Shown here piece by piece: positions 1 through 8,718 of a stretch of 25,820 nucleotides of DNA. The stretch covers positions 1 to 25,820 of the forward strand of contig JAOZFG010000033.1 of NCBI GenBank assembly GCA_027491435.1, written 5' to 3'. This DNA is from Thermoproteota archaeon (GTDB lineage Archaea; Korarchaeota; Korarchaeia; Korarchaeales; Korarchaeaceae). Both the position numbers and the translations under genes were made by a program. Below the pieces are notes generated by a model. It ran no database searches. It worked only from the letters and a program-made list of their open reading frames with translations, and had not been told where the DNA came from. The stretch's first letter is position 1. Every line of letters starts with the position of its first letter.

Positions 1-86
1 TAACGGCCAGGGAGGCTTCTGTTCATGTCCTGAACTTTACAGATATCACATGCCCAGAGGAGTACCTTGATCAGCCTGATGGCTAA
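1..86 (+). CDS. 3' end of an upstream CDS (partial, ...TAREASVHVLNFTDITCPEEYLDQPDG*)
   Basis: Frame starting at nt 3 is open with host-like codons up to TAA at 84-86. Too short to identify. Confidence 0.45.
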   Translation, partial: TAREASVHVLNFTDITCPEEYLDQPDG

Positions 87-90
87 AGTG

Positions 91-170
91 CTCACGCTGC
101 GGTCAAGCGTGAGGGGGCTGAGTTGACGCACCCTTCTGAGAAACACGAGGGGTCTTTCACGTCGCCCCCT
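91..170. other. Structured intergenic element (two adjacent stem-loops), possible terminator or small RNA
   Basis: Perfect 8-bp hairpin CTCACGCT-N7-AGCGTGAG (91-113). A second interrupted stem AGGGGGC(112-118)/GCCCCCT(164-170) encloses GACG/CGTC and ACCCTTC/GAGGGGT. Confidence 0.3.
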
Positions 171-186
171 GGGCCTGACCTGCTAA

Positions 187-194
187 CTTTATAT
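187..194 (+). promoter_or_regulatory. Archaeal TATA box for a leaderless alaX transcript
   Basis: CTTTATAT lies 23-30 nt upstream of ATG 217, and there is no RBS before the ATG. Confidence 0.6.
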
Positions 195-216
195 CCTGAA
201 AGCTGCTTTAACCCCT

Positions 217-936
217 ATGACTGAACTCCTTTACATGGACGATTCTTACCTCAAAGAGTTTGAGGCTGAGGTGACCCGCATCTCTGGAGAGAAGGTCTTC
301 CTGGACAGGACTGCTTTTTATCCAGGAGGCGGAGGCCTCCCAAATGACGTGGGGTGGCTCCACAAAGTTGACGACCCGGAGGAAAGGTATGAAGTGGTGG
401 AGGTTGGAAAGGAGGGGGGAGAGGTTTACCACCTAGCTAAGGGCCACGACCTCAAGCAGGGCGACAGGGTTAAGGGCCTCCTGGACTGGGAGAAGAGGTA
501 CAGGGTGATGAGGATGCACACGGGCTTGCACGTCCTGATAGCAGTGCTCAACCAGAAGTACGGCGTCCTCGTGACCGGCAACAAGGTGGCCCCCGACAGG
601 AGCAGGGTGGACGTTAACTTGGAGAGGCCGGACAGGGAGATGGTGGCCCAAGCCTTTGAGGAGGCCAACCAGATACTCCAGAGGGGAATTCCGGTCAAGA
701 TATACTACTTGCCCAGGGAGGAGGCCATGAAGATCCCGGGCATAGTGAAGCTGGCCAAGGCCCTGCCCCCGAAGGTGGAGACCCTCAGGATAGTCGAGAT
801 AGAGGGCGTGGACGTGCAAGCGGACGGAGGGCCCCACGTCTCAAACACTAGGGAGGTTGGCAAGCTTATCTTCTTAAAGCTTGAGAACAAGGGGAGGAAC
901 AACAGGAGGATTCACTTCACGCTGGAGGGATCTTAA
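217..936 (+). CDS. alaXM: Alanyl-tRNA editing protein, AlaX-M type (trans-editing deacylase)
   Basis: N-terminal LYMDDSYLKEFEAEV and LDRTAFYPGGGG motifs, HxxxH (MHTGLH), and C-terminal DGGPHVSNTREVG corresponding to the CGGTH motif. 239 aa fits the AlaX-M class. Confidence 0.92.
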   Translation: MTELLYMDDSYLKEFEAEVTRISGEKVFLDRTAFYPGGGGLPNDVGWLHKVDDPEERYEVVEVGKEGGEVYHLAKGHDLKQGDRVKGLLDWEKRYRVMRMHTGLHVLIAVLNQKYGVLVTGNKVAPDRSRVDVNLERPDREMVAQAFEEANQILQRGIPVKIYYLPREEAMKIPGIVKLAKALPPKVETLRIVEIEGVDVQADGGPHVSNTREVGKLIFLKLENKGRNNRRIHFTLEGS

Positions 937-2252
937 TGGACCTTCTAGAGGATCCTGTCAGGAAGGCGATTCAGAGGGGAGCTGATTACGCGGAGACCTT
1001 CCTCCAGAGGAAGAGGAGGGTCTTCGTTAAGGAGGAGAAGGGGGCAGTGAAGAGGGCCGTCTCCACAGAGTACCTGGGCGTTGGGCTGAGGGTCATTGTG
1101 GGAAAGAGGATGGGCTTCGCCCACGCCCTAAACCCTAAGTCCGTGGACGACCTGGTCTCCCTAGCCTTAGACGTGGCGAAGTCCTCGCCCCCAGATGAGG
1201 ACCTAAACGGGCTCCCTTCCCCCAAGCCTGTGAGCTACCTTAGCTTAATGGACCCCAGGATCAGGGATCTAAGCGTAGATGAGGCCGTTGAACTAACGCT
1301 TGCAGCTTCTGAAGCCGCCAGGAAGTTCAACATGATCTACTCAACTTCCTCAGAGCTAGAGGCCTATTACGAGGAGGTGAGCGTCTTCAACAGCGAGGGG
1401 GTAAACGTAAGCGAGCCGAGGACGAGCTACGAGTTGAGCATAAGGGTCTCAGCAAAAGAGGGAGACAGCACCGGGGCAGGCCTGGACTTCTCGGCCTCAA
1501 GGTTCCTCTCAGACCTTAAACCGGAGGAGCTCGGCGAGAGGGCGGCTAAGATAGCCATGAGCTCCATGAGCTACGAGCTGATTGGAGTGGAGGAGCTTCC
1601 CATAATCCTCTCCCCTAAGGCCCAGATAATCATGGTTCCTTTCCTGGTGGGTTCAGCGGCCAACTCTGAGAACATACAGTACAAGAGGAGCTTCCTCTCC
1701 GACAAGGTGGGGGAGATGATAGCCGACGAGAGGGTTTCAGTGGTCGACTACGGCAGGTCTTACCCCAAGGGCTCCTCCAAGAGCTTCGACGGCGAGGGCC
1801 TGCCAACCCAGGACCTAAAAGTGGTTGACCGGGGCGTCTTCGTGACTCCCATCTACAACCATTACACCGCAGGCAAGGATGGGAGGGAGAGCACGGGGAA
1901 CGCCTCCAGGGGGTCTTACGACGAGCTCCCTGGGGTAGGAGCTCACGTGGTTAGGATAGAGGCCCCAGACCTAGAGACGGAAGAGGAGGAGGTGATGGAC
2001 GTCAAGAGGGGGGTCTACGTCTACACAACCTTCGACAGGCCAAATCTGGCCACTGGAGAGTTCAGCGGCCTGGCTGAGACGGCCTTCCTCGTGGAGAACG
2101 GAGAGATCAGGTCGTCCCTGAGACAGACCAACGTGGCCTTCCACCTCCTGGACCTGCTGAGGCCAGAGGCTTTGGGGAAGGACGTTGAGGTGTATGGCCC
2201 CTTCGCTGGAGGCTCCTTGAGAATTAGAGGGAAGGTAGCAGGTCCAAAATGA
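936..2252 (+). CDS. TldD/PmbA family protein, PmbA/TldE-like (non-catalytic) subunit
   Basis: GADYAE start, GVGLRVIVGKRMGFA, FNSEG, SFDGEGLPT, STGNASRG and ATGEFSG motifs. The TldD HExxxH motif is absent. TAATG overlap with alaX. Confidence 0.9.
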   Translation: MDLLEDPVRKAIQRGADYAETFLQRKRRVFVKEEKGAVKRAVSTEYLGVGLRVIVGKRMGFAHALNPKSVDDLVSLALDVAKSSPPDEDLNGLPSPKPVSYLSLMDPRIRDLSVDEAVELTLAASEAARKFNMIYSTSSELEAYYEEVSVFNSEGVNVSEPRTSYELSIRVSAKEGDSTGAGLDFSASRFLSDLKPEELGERAAKIAMSSMSYELIGVEELPIILSPKAQIIMVPFLVGSAANSENIQYKRSFLSDKVGEMIADERVSVVDYGRSYPKGSSKSFDGEGLPTQDLKVVDRGVFVTPIYNHYTAGKDGRESTGNASRGSYDELPGVGAHVVRIEAPDLETEEEEVMDVKRGVYVYTTFDRPNLATGEFSGLAETAFLVENGEIRSSLRQTNVAFHLLDLLRPEALGKDVEVYGPFAGGSLRIRGKVAGPK

Positions 2253-2935
2253 GGGTAGTTTACGAGGTAGAGGGGGAGCTAGCCAGGAGGATAGGGGAGG
2301 AAGCTGAAAGGATACTGAGGGAGCTGGGAAAGGAGGACGCAACGATCTTCGTGGTCAAGGAGTTCAAGGACTACCCCGAGTACGTAGCCATGCACAAGGC
2401 CGATGGGGAGGGCTCCAAGATCTACGTCAGGCTCATAGATGACTTCTCACTGCTGAGAGCGGCCCTTTATCACGAGGCGGCCCACTCAATCCTCCATGGG
2501 GATGTGAAGTACTACAGGTTCGAGATGAGCGAGTGCCTCAACTTCCTATCGGAGTACAACAGGTTGAGGGCCCTCTACCTGGTGGCCGTGGCAGTCAAGG
2601 ATTACGAGGTAGCCCGCTTCCTTATTGAGAGGGGACTTCAGGAGACCCAAAGGCCCCTGGTGGCACTGATGAGCGTTGCAAGCAGGACCGAGCGGGAGGC
2701 CTGGAGGCTGTCCAGGGACGACGAGGAGAGCAGGGCCTTACTGCTTGCAGCCTTCATGAAGACGTTCTTCTACGTCGTACCCCTGGGAGGCCCCGCTTAC
2801 CTAGCCTCCTACTCCTTCCTTGGAGAGCACTGGAATAGGCTCTACAACCTAACTTTGAAGCTCCCCGAAATCTTGGGGAGGGACACTCACGAGAACGTGA
2901 AGAGGGTGTCGTGCCTCCTGAGGTCGATAGTATGA
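2249..2935 (+). CDS. Uncharacterised protein with a zincin-like HExxH motif (putative metallopeptidase)
   Basis: LYHEAAHSILHG followed by a downstream VKDYE helix. ATGA overlaps with both neighbours and host-like codon usage. Confidence 0.75.
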   Translation: MRVVYEVEGELARRIGEEAERILRELGKEDATIFVVKEFKDYPEYVAMHKADGEGSKIYVRLIDDFSLLRAALYHEAAHSILHGDVKYYRFEMSECLNFLSEYNRLRALYLVAVAVKDYEVARFLIERGLQETQRPLVALMSVASRTEREAWRLSRDDEESRALLLAAFMKTFFYVVPLGGPAYLASYSFLGEHWNRLYNLTLKLPEILGRDTHENVKRVSCLLRSIV

Positions 2936-4440
2936 GGCACGTCCTGGTGATAAGCTTCGGCGGGCAATACGCCCACCTCATATCCAGGAGGGTAAGGGAC
3001 CTGGGCACCTACTCAGAGGTGGTGCCCTACTTTAGGGCCGGCAGGGAAAGGGTGCTAGAGGCAGACGCGGTCATACTATCTGGAGGGCCCAGCAGCGTCT
3101 ACCAGGAGGGTGCTCCCACGATACCGGAGGAGCTCCTTAAACTCAGGCCCACCCTTGGGATATGCTACGGCTTCCAGCTCATGGCCAAACTACTGGGCGG
3201 CGAGGTCAAGAGGGGCAAGGGGGAGTACGGGCCCACCAAAGTCAGGGTTCAGGACGGCCCCCTCTTCGAGGGCTGGGGAGAGGAGGAGCTGGTCTGGATG
3301 AGCCACTCTGACTACGTGAGTTCACCACCTCCCGGCTTTAGGGTGACCGCTTGGTCTGAAAACGGGTATGTAGCGGCCTTTCAACACGAATCCCTCCCTC
3401 TCTACGGGGTTCAATTCCACCCGGAGGTGTCTCACACAAGGAAGGGGAGGAAGCTTCTATCCAATTTCCTGAAGCTTTCCAAAGCTCCCAAGAACTGGTC
3501 AAACGAGGAGATGATGAAAGTTGTGATGGAGGAGACTAGGAAGCAGGTTAAGGGTTGTAGGCACGTGCTCGCAGCGGTCAGCGGGGGAGTTGACTCCACG
3601 GTCGCTGCCTTGGTGGTCAAGAGGGTCTCTGAAGTGCCCTTCACCGCCGTCCTGGTTAACCACGGTTTAATGAGGAAGGGAGAGCCTGAGCAGGCTGTGA
3701 ACATGCTTAAGAACCTCGGAATTGACGTTGTTTACGTGGACGCCTCCTCAGAATTTCTGAAGGAGCTCAAAGGGGTCAAAGACTGCGAGGAGAAGAGGAA
3801 GGTCATAGGGAGGAAGTTCATAGAGGTCTTCAGCAGGGCTGTAGAGGGCGTGGACTTCGACTGCCTGGTGCAGGGTACCCTATACCCGGACGTAATAGAG
3901 AGCGGGGCCGAGCCGGGGGCCGACAGGATAAAGTCCCACCACAACGTGGCGGGGCTCCCCGAGAACCTCCAGGCCAGGCTGGTGGAGCCTCTCAGGTTCC
4001 TCTACAAGGATGAGGTCAGGAGGCTGGGCCTCGCCCTGGGGCTGCCCAGGGAGGTGGTGATGAGACACCCCTTCCCCGGGCCTGGTCTGGCGGTCAGGAT
4101 AATGGGCGAAGTTACCCCCGAGAAGCTGGAGGTGGTGAGGGAGGCCTCCCATGTGGTGGAGGAAGAGCTGAAGAGGGCTGGAGTTTACGAGGATGTCTGG
4201 CAGGCCTTCGCCGCCGTGGGAGACGACAAGTGGGTGGGGGTGAAGGGTGACGCGAGGGCCGAGGGCTACTTGGTCACCGTCAGAATAGTGGTGAGCGAGG
4301 ACGCCATGACCGCTGACTGGTACAGGGCAGATCACGAACTGCTAGACAGGATGGCCAAGAGGATAAGCTCAATGGACAAAGTGACTATGGTCACCTACGC
4401 CGTGACTACTAAGCCTCCCAGCACGATAGAGCCCTGCTAG
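2932..4440 (+). CDS. guaA: GMP synthase (glutamine-hydrolysing), fused GATase and ATP-pyrophosphatase domains
   Basis: FGGQYAHLI, ILSGGPSS, LGICYG (catalytic Cys), QFHPEV, SGGVDS PP-loop, QGTLYPDVIES, IKSHHNV, HPFPGPGL, KPPSTIE. Start moved to ATG 2932 (ATGA overlap) from the GTG 2911 in the ORF track. Confidence 0.97.
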   Translation: MRHVLVISFGGQYAHLISRRVRDLGTYSEVVPYFRAGRERVLEADAVILSGGPSSVYQEGAPTIPEELLKLRPTLGICYGFQLMAKLLGGEVKRGKGEYGPTKVRVQDGPLFEGWGEEELVWMSHSDYVSSPPPGFRVTAWSENGYVAAFQHESLPLYGVQFHPEVSHTRKGRKLLSNFLKLSKAPKNWSNEEMMKVVMEETRKQVKGCRHVLAAVSGGVDSTVAALVVKRVSEVPFTAVLVNHGLMRKGEPEQAVNMLKNLGIDVVYVDASSEFLKELKGVKDCEEKRKVIGRKFIEVFSRAVEGVDFDCLVQGTLYPDVIESGAEPGADRIKSHHNVAGLPENLQARLVEPLRFLYKDEVRRLGLALGLPREVVMRHPFPGPGLAVRIMGEVTPEKLEVVREASHVVEEELKRAGVYEDVWQAFAAVGDDKWVGVKGDARAEGYLVTVRIVVSEDAMTADWYRADHELLDRMAKRISSMDKVTMVTYAVTTKPPSTIEPC

Positions 4441-4859
4441 TACTCAACGACTTTTTTCAACTTCTTTGAGGTGTTGACCCACCTCTTCACCTCCTTAAGG
4501 GAGGGGAGCCTCCTCACCAACTTTCTCATCCTATTAACCTCCACTAGCCTCTTATGAAGGTTTTCTGGATTTCTCTGAGCGAGCTCAGCCACAGTATCAA
4601 CGCCCGCCGCCTCAAGGAGGTCGCTGTACTCCTCCCCAATTCCCTTAACCCTGAACAGGTCGGCCTTGTTCACCCACCTCAGGACGACCGACTTGGACAC
4701 CCCAACGGCCTTGGCTATCTCCTCCCTTCCCTTCCTGGTGGCTCCCCTCTTCAGGAGGTCGCCCACCGTGAAGATGCCGATCTCGTGGAGCTTCCTGGAG
4801 TGCTTCTCCCCTATGCCCTCTATGGACTCCACCGGTCTGTTCAACGTGGTCCTTGTCAT
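4437..4859 (-). CDS. DUF4332-like helix-hairpin-helix protein
   Basis: Two HhH motifs (IEGIGEK, VKGIGEEYSDLLEAAGVDTVAELAQRNPENL) and WVNKADLFR. ATG 4859 is preceded by a GGTGA RBS, with a TTTATAAA box near 4893-4900. Confidence 0.85.
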   Translation of the reverse strand: MTRTTLNRPVESIEGIGEKHSRKLHEIGIFTVGDLLKRGATRKGREEIAKAVGVSKSVVLRWVNKADLFRVKGIGEEYSDLLEAAGVDTVAELAQRNPENLHKRLVEVNRMRKLVRRLPSLKEVKRWVNTSKKLKKVVEY

Positions 4860-5002
4860 TTCAATCACCGGCGGGACGATCCTGGCTTCTTTTTTATAAA
4901 AGCTTTTCTTTTAGAGGCTTCTTTTAGTTACGCTGATTGCATTAACTGTTTGGGCTCCGTACCAAATTAGATGGGCTTTACTCATTTCGTAAAGGCATAT
5001 TC

Positions 5003-5021
5003 TTCATTTAATTTAAATGAA
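5003..5021. promoter_or_regulatory. Perfect 9-1-9 palindrome, candidate operator
   Basis: TTCATTTAA-T-TTAAATGAA in the AT-rich divergent intergenic region. Confidence 0.35.
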
Positions 5022-5307
5022 ATTCCGATATAAAGGTTAAATTTTATTTTTATTTAGGTGCTTCCAAGATTATGCTAACTAAAAACGCCGATATGCCGTC
5101 TGACGTAACTCCTCATGGGATTAGGGGCAGGGCAGCAGGGGGCCTCCCAGACCCCTTCATCAAGCTCCTTTGGGTATGCGTCCATCTTCCAGAGATTCAC
5201 GGACTCCAACTTCAAAACGCGGCTATGCCTCCAGGACCTCAAGCTAACTAATCGCATCACATCATTGCATCAAAATAGATGTTATTTTTACGGGTGTCAA
5301 TCTTAAA

Positions 5308-5326
5308 TTGTTGTTATTAACATCAA
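5308..5326. promoter_or_regulatory. Near-perfect 9-1-9 palindrome upstream of the YwiC-like gene, candidate operator
   Basis: TTGTTGTTA-T-TAACATCAA (8 of 9 pairs match), ~70 nt before ATG 5399. Confidence 0.4.
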
Positions 5327-5398
5327 TAACTGATAAATTAAATTGAATTAATGGTCAACGTTTATTATTTACTATTTCAGCAAATATAGGGTGCGTTA

Positions 5399-6043
5399 AT
5401 GTCAGGAATCCCTAAGCAAAGTGGCCTAATATCTGTGTGGTTCGCAACACTGGTGTACGCTTTGGGAAGTGTCGGCGTAAGGCCGGCGCTCATAGCTTCC
5501 CTTCTGGTCCTGATATCTGCTGAACCTGTGCAGAGGGCAATAGCAAGGAGGGACCTTGTCGGCTTAATGTGGGCTGTCCCACCCGTGTTCGCTTACCTCC
5601 TTCTAATTCCGCTTCAACGGGTATTCCTCCTTGTACCTGCATTCTTAGCCCTGCTGGCCGCCATGTTCCCCGCGACCAGAGGGGGGAGGGAGGTGACCCA
5701 CTGGTCAACTGTGCTGGGCAGCTCGATGGTCGCCCTTCACAGCTCAGCCTACCTGCTCAGCGTCGAGCCTGTTAACTGGATGACCCTCTTTCCAGTGGTT
5801 TACACCGCTACAGCAACTTCTCAGGCAGCTCTAAGGGTGCTTGGGGAGAATAAGCGCATTTCTCTGCTGTTTAAGGCCCTGTTGACGTTGCAAACTCTAG
5901 TAGGGGTTTACATAGGGGTTAAGGGCCTCGTTCTATTAGCTGACGTCCTTAGCAGGGTACTCCAACCCAGGCTAAGCGTCAAGGCCCACGGCATCCTGGA
6001 GTTCCTCAGGATGACCCTGGTCTGCTCGATCCTGAGCCTTTAA
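5399..6043 (+). CDS. Multi-pass membrane protein, YwiC-like
   Basis: About 7-8 hydrophobic segments. N-terminal IPKQSGLISVW resembles the YwiC PKQHGAW motif, and the C-terminal KAHGILE resembles the family's KxxGxxE end. Confidence 0.6.
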   Translation: MSGIPKQSGLISVWFATLVYALGSVGVRPALIASLLVLISAEPVQRAIARRDLVGLMWAVPPVFAYLLLIPLQRVFLLVPAFLALLAAMFPATRGGREVTHWSTVLGSSMVALHSSAYLLSVEPVNWMTLFPVVYTATATSQAALRVLGENKRISLLFKALLTLQTLVGVYIGVKGLVLLADVLSRVLQPRLSVKAHGILEFLRMTLVCSILSL

Positions 6044-6067
6044 TAGCTCTCCCTTCCAGATAACTGG

Positions 6068-7702
6068 ATGATCGCCGACCTCTTACTTCACGGCGAGTAC
6101 CTTAACGTATACACGGGCGAGGTGTTAGAGGGCCCCGTGGCCATCAAAGGCGACAGGATACTCTGCGTCGGCGAGAGGGTCCAGGCTAGGGAAGAGGTTC
6201 ACGTGGAGCTCATACTCCCCGGATTTAAGGACGGGCACGTACACATAGAGAGCAGCAAGCTGGCGCCTCAGGAGTTCGCAAGGGCCGTCGTCCCCCACGG
6301 CACCACCTCGGTCTTCGCGGATCCACACGAGATAGTTAACGTGGCCGGGGTTGAGGGCTTCAAGTACATGTTGGAAAGTTCAAGGGAAGTCCCCCTCAGA
6401 GTACACCTAATGGTTCCCTCCTGCGTCCCAGCCTCTCCCTTTGAGGAGTCCCCCCATGAAATCACCCCTGAGGACGTTAAAACGTTGCTGGAGAGTTCCT
6501 ATGGTCTGGGAGAGGTCATGAACTTCCCCGGAGTCATAGAAGGTGATCTTAACCTCATTGAAGGGATAAGGGCCAGCAGGGAGAGGCGCCTGCCCGTGGA
6601 CGGGCACGCACCCAAGCTGAAGGGCCTTGACCTCTGCCTCTACCTCTTCAGGGGGGTTGAGTCGGATCACGAGTCCACCTCGGCTGAAGAGGCCCTGGAG
6701 AAGCTTAGGAAGGGAATGTACGTCATGGTCAGGGAGGGGAGCGCCTCCAGGGACATGGGTATAGTAAAAGGGATCCCTCACACCAGGAGGGTCCTCTTGG
6801 TGACCGACGACAGGTCTGCCTCAAGCCTCCTTAAGGACGGGCACGTGGACCACCTCCTGAGGAGGGCCGTGGAGGAGGGCATGGACCCAGTTAAGGCAGT
6901 TCAAGCGGTGACGATTAACGTGGCCGAGAGGTTCAGGCTCTACGAGCTTGACGGGATAGCCCCAGGCAGGCTGGCTGACCTGACCGTGGTTAAAGACCTC
7001 AGGTCCTTCCAGGTCTCAAGGGTTTACGTGGGAGGAAAGCTAGTGGCCAAGGACGGCAAACCTTTGTTCAAGGCGTCGAAGCCCAGGAGGATAGGGGTGA
7101 TGAAGGTCCCACCTCTCAAGCCTGAGGACTTCCTTATAAGGGCCGAGGGGGAGGTAGTGAGGGCCAGGGTAATAGGCCTTACAGGCTCCCTGATAACCAA
7201 GGAGTTGGTGGAGGAGCTGCCAGTCAGGGAAGGGTTCGTTAGAGGAGAGCACCACCTCGCTGTGGTGGAGAGACATGGGAGAACTGGTCATGTAGGCAAG
7301 GGGTTCGTCAGGGGCTTCTCCTTCACCGGAGCAATAGCTAGCACAGTGGCCCACGATAGCCACAACTTGGTGGTCGCTGGCTCTAACGAGAAGGACATGC
7401 TCTTGGCCGTAGAGGAGCTGGCAAGGGTTGGAGGTGGCCAGACAGTGGTGAAGGACGGCGAGGTATTGGTTACCCTCCCCCTGCCTGTGGGGGGCATAAT
7501 GTCCGACCTGAGCGCCGAGGAGGTGGCGGCCAGAGAGGAGGAGCTAATAAGGGCTTACAGGTCAGTTGGAGGGATTAGGGAGGATCCCTTCATGGAGCTC
7601 TCCTTCCTAGCCCTTTCAGTCATACCTGAGCTCAAACTAACGCCTAAGGGGCTGGTCAAGGTGACTGAATCTGGGATAAGCCTAGTCAGTCCGCTTCTCT
7701 GA
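6068..7702 (+). CDS. ade: Adenine deaminase
   Basis: DGHVHIESS, HGTTSVFADPHEI, PSCVPA, LGEVMNFPGV, DGHAP, SDHES, REGS, VTDD, VVERHG, STVAHDSHN, LALSVIPELKLT. Confidence 0.97.
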   Translation: MIADLLLHGEYLNVYTGEVLEGPVAIKGDRILCVGERVQAREEVHVELILPGFKDGHVHIESSKLAPQEFARAVVPHGTTSVFADPHEIVNVAGVEGFKYMLESSREVPLRVHLMVPSCVPASPFEESPHEITPEDVKTLLESSYGLGEVMNFPGVIEGDLNLIEGIRASRERRLPVDGHAPKLKGLDLCLYLFRGVESDHESTSAEEALEKLRKGMYVMVREGSASRDMGIVKGIPHTRRVLLVTDDRSASSLLKDGHVDHLLRRAVEEGMDPVKAVQAVTINVAERFRLYELDGIAPGRLADLTVVKDLRSFQVSRVYVGGKLVAKDGKPLFKASKPRRIGVMKVPPLKPEDFLIRAEGEVVRARVIGLTGSLITKELVEELPVREGFVRGEHHLAVVERHGRTGHVGKGFVRGFSFTGAIASTVAHDSHNLVVAGSNEKDMLLAVEELARVGGGQTVVKDGEVLVTLPLPVGGIMSDLSAEEVAAREEELIRAYRSVGGIREDPFMELSFLALSVIPELKLTPKGLVKVTESGISLVSPLL

Positions 7703-8717
7703 ATGCGCGGGCCAGCACAGGGTCTGGGATCCTGTAAGCCCCCTCCACCTTCTCCAGGAAGCCCATGTCGACCAGCCTCCTCAAAACCTTAGCTAAGCTC
7801 TTGTCTGGAATCCTGCCGAGCCTGGCCTCCACCCCTCTCTTCACCTCCCCCCACCTAGCCTTACCAAGCAGGGAGACTATCCTCATCACCTCCCCGTACC
7901 TCTCCCCCTGAACCGCGTGGTTGAACTCGGATAGCGCCAGCCTGGAGGCCATCCTGACCACCTCCATAACCAACTTCTCGCTTAACTCCCCCCTCATAAC
8001 TGAGGCGTAGCCGAAGTAAGAGAGCCAGCCAATTATCCCATCGAAGGAGTCCACCGCTAGCTCTAACAACCTTTCTTCAGGGCTTATCGAGTGCTGTGAA
8101 AAACCTTCCCTCAAGAACTCCAGGGAGAGCTCCCTGGTGAGGCGAGGAACCCTGACCTCAGCGTAAGCCCTGCCGAACAGCGGGGCTTCGGGGTCCTCTA
8201 ACCTTAGAAACTTGTGAAGCAAACCTATTTGAGATCCCGAAACGACGAGCCTCACGTTCAAGTGATCGTATATGTAGGCTAGGAGCTTATCAAAACGATG
8301 TCTCGACCTCCTAAGCTCCTGAGCCTCGTCCAGCACGAGGACCTTGCCTTCAATGGTTTTAAGGGCCTCCAATAGAGTTTCGTAGGAGGGCCTCACCCTT
8401 ACCCCCAGCCCAGCTAGCCTGACTTCCTCCACTCGCATCAAGGCGGCCCTAACCTTTCCCCTTGCCTGGGCTATCAGGAGCTTCAGGAAGTCCTTTACGG
8501 ATATCATGCCAGCTGGAAGGAGCCTACAGTCCAGGAAGACGTAATCCTCGCCCATCTCATTTAAACCGGTCAGTATTAGGGAGGTCTTCCCGTACCTCCT
8601 TAGGCCTGTCACCAAGGTGAGCTTGCTGACCCTGACGTACCTCTGGAACTCCCTTAGGGCTTCGTCCATGTCGAAGAAGTCCTCCCTCCTAGTCTTGGGC
8701 TCTTGAGTGAAGTACAT
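7686..8717 (-). CDS. Archaeal ATPase (ATPase_2 / MJ-type STAND-like) with C-terminal winged helix
   Basis: F..EPK..REDFFD start, Walker A GLRRYGKTS, Walker B LVLDEAQ, SGS, PLFGRAY, DGIIGWL, and a C-terminal wHTH ending YRIPDPV. Confidence 0.92.
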   Translation of the reverse strand: MYFTQEPKTRREDFFDMDEALREFQRYVRVSKLTLVTGLRRYGKTSLILTGLNEMGEDYVFLDCRLLPAGMISVKDFLKLLIAQARGKVRAALMRVEEVRLAGLGVRVRPSYETLLEALKTIEGKVLVLDEAQELRRSRHRFDKLLAYIYDHLNVRLVVSGSQIGLLHKFLRLEDPEAPLFGRAYAEVRVPRLTRELSLEFLREGFSQHSISPEERLLELAVDSFDGIIGWLSYFGYASVMRGELSEKLVMEVVRMASRLALSEFNHAVQGERYGEVMRIVSLLGKARWGEVKRGVEARLGRIPDKSLAKVLRRLVDMGFLEKVEGAYRIPDPVLARAFREAD

Positions 8718-8718
8718 A

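Noticed and set aside
208-4335. Short alternative ORFs antisense or out of frame to alaX, pmbA and guaA (e.g. 433-837, 1971-2342, 3880-4335)
   Set aside because: They are shadows of well-supported genes, with antisense-type composition and no motifs.
4554-4970. 138-aa + strand ORF
   Set aside because: Largely antisense to the DUF4332-like gene, which has clear motifs, an RBS and a TATA box.
5115-5306. 63-aa + strand ORF
   Set aside because: No RBS or well-spaced TATA, no motif, and its 3' part runs into AT-rich promoter-like DNA.
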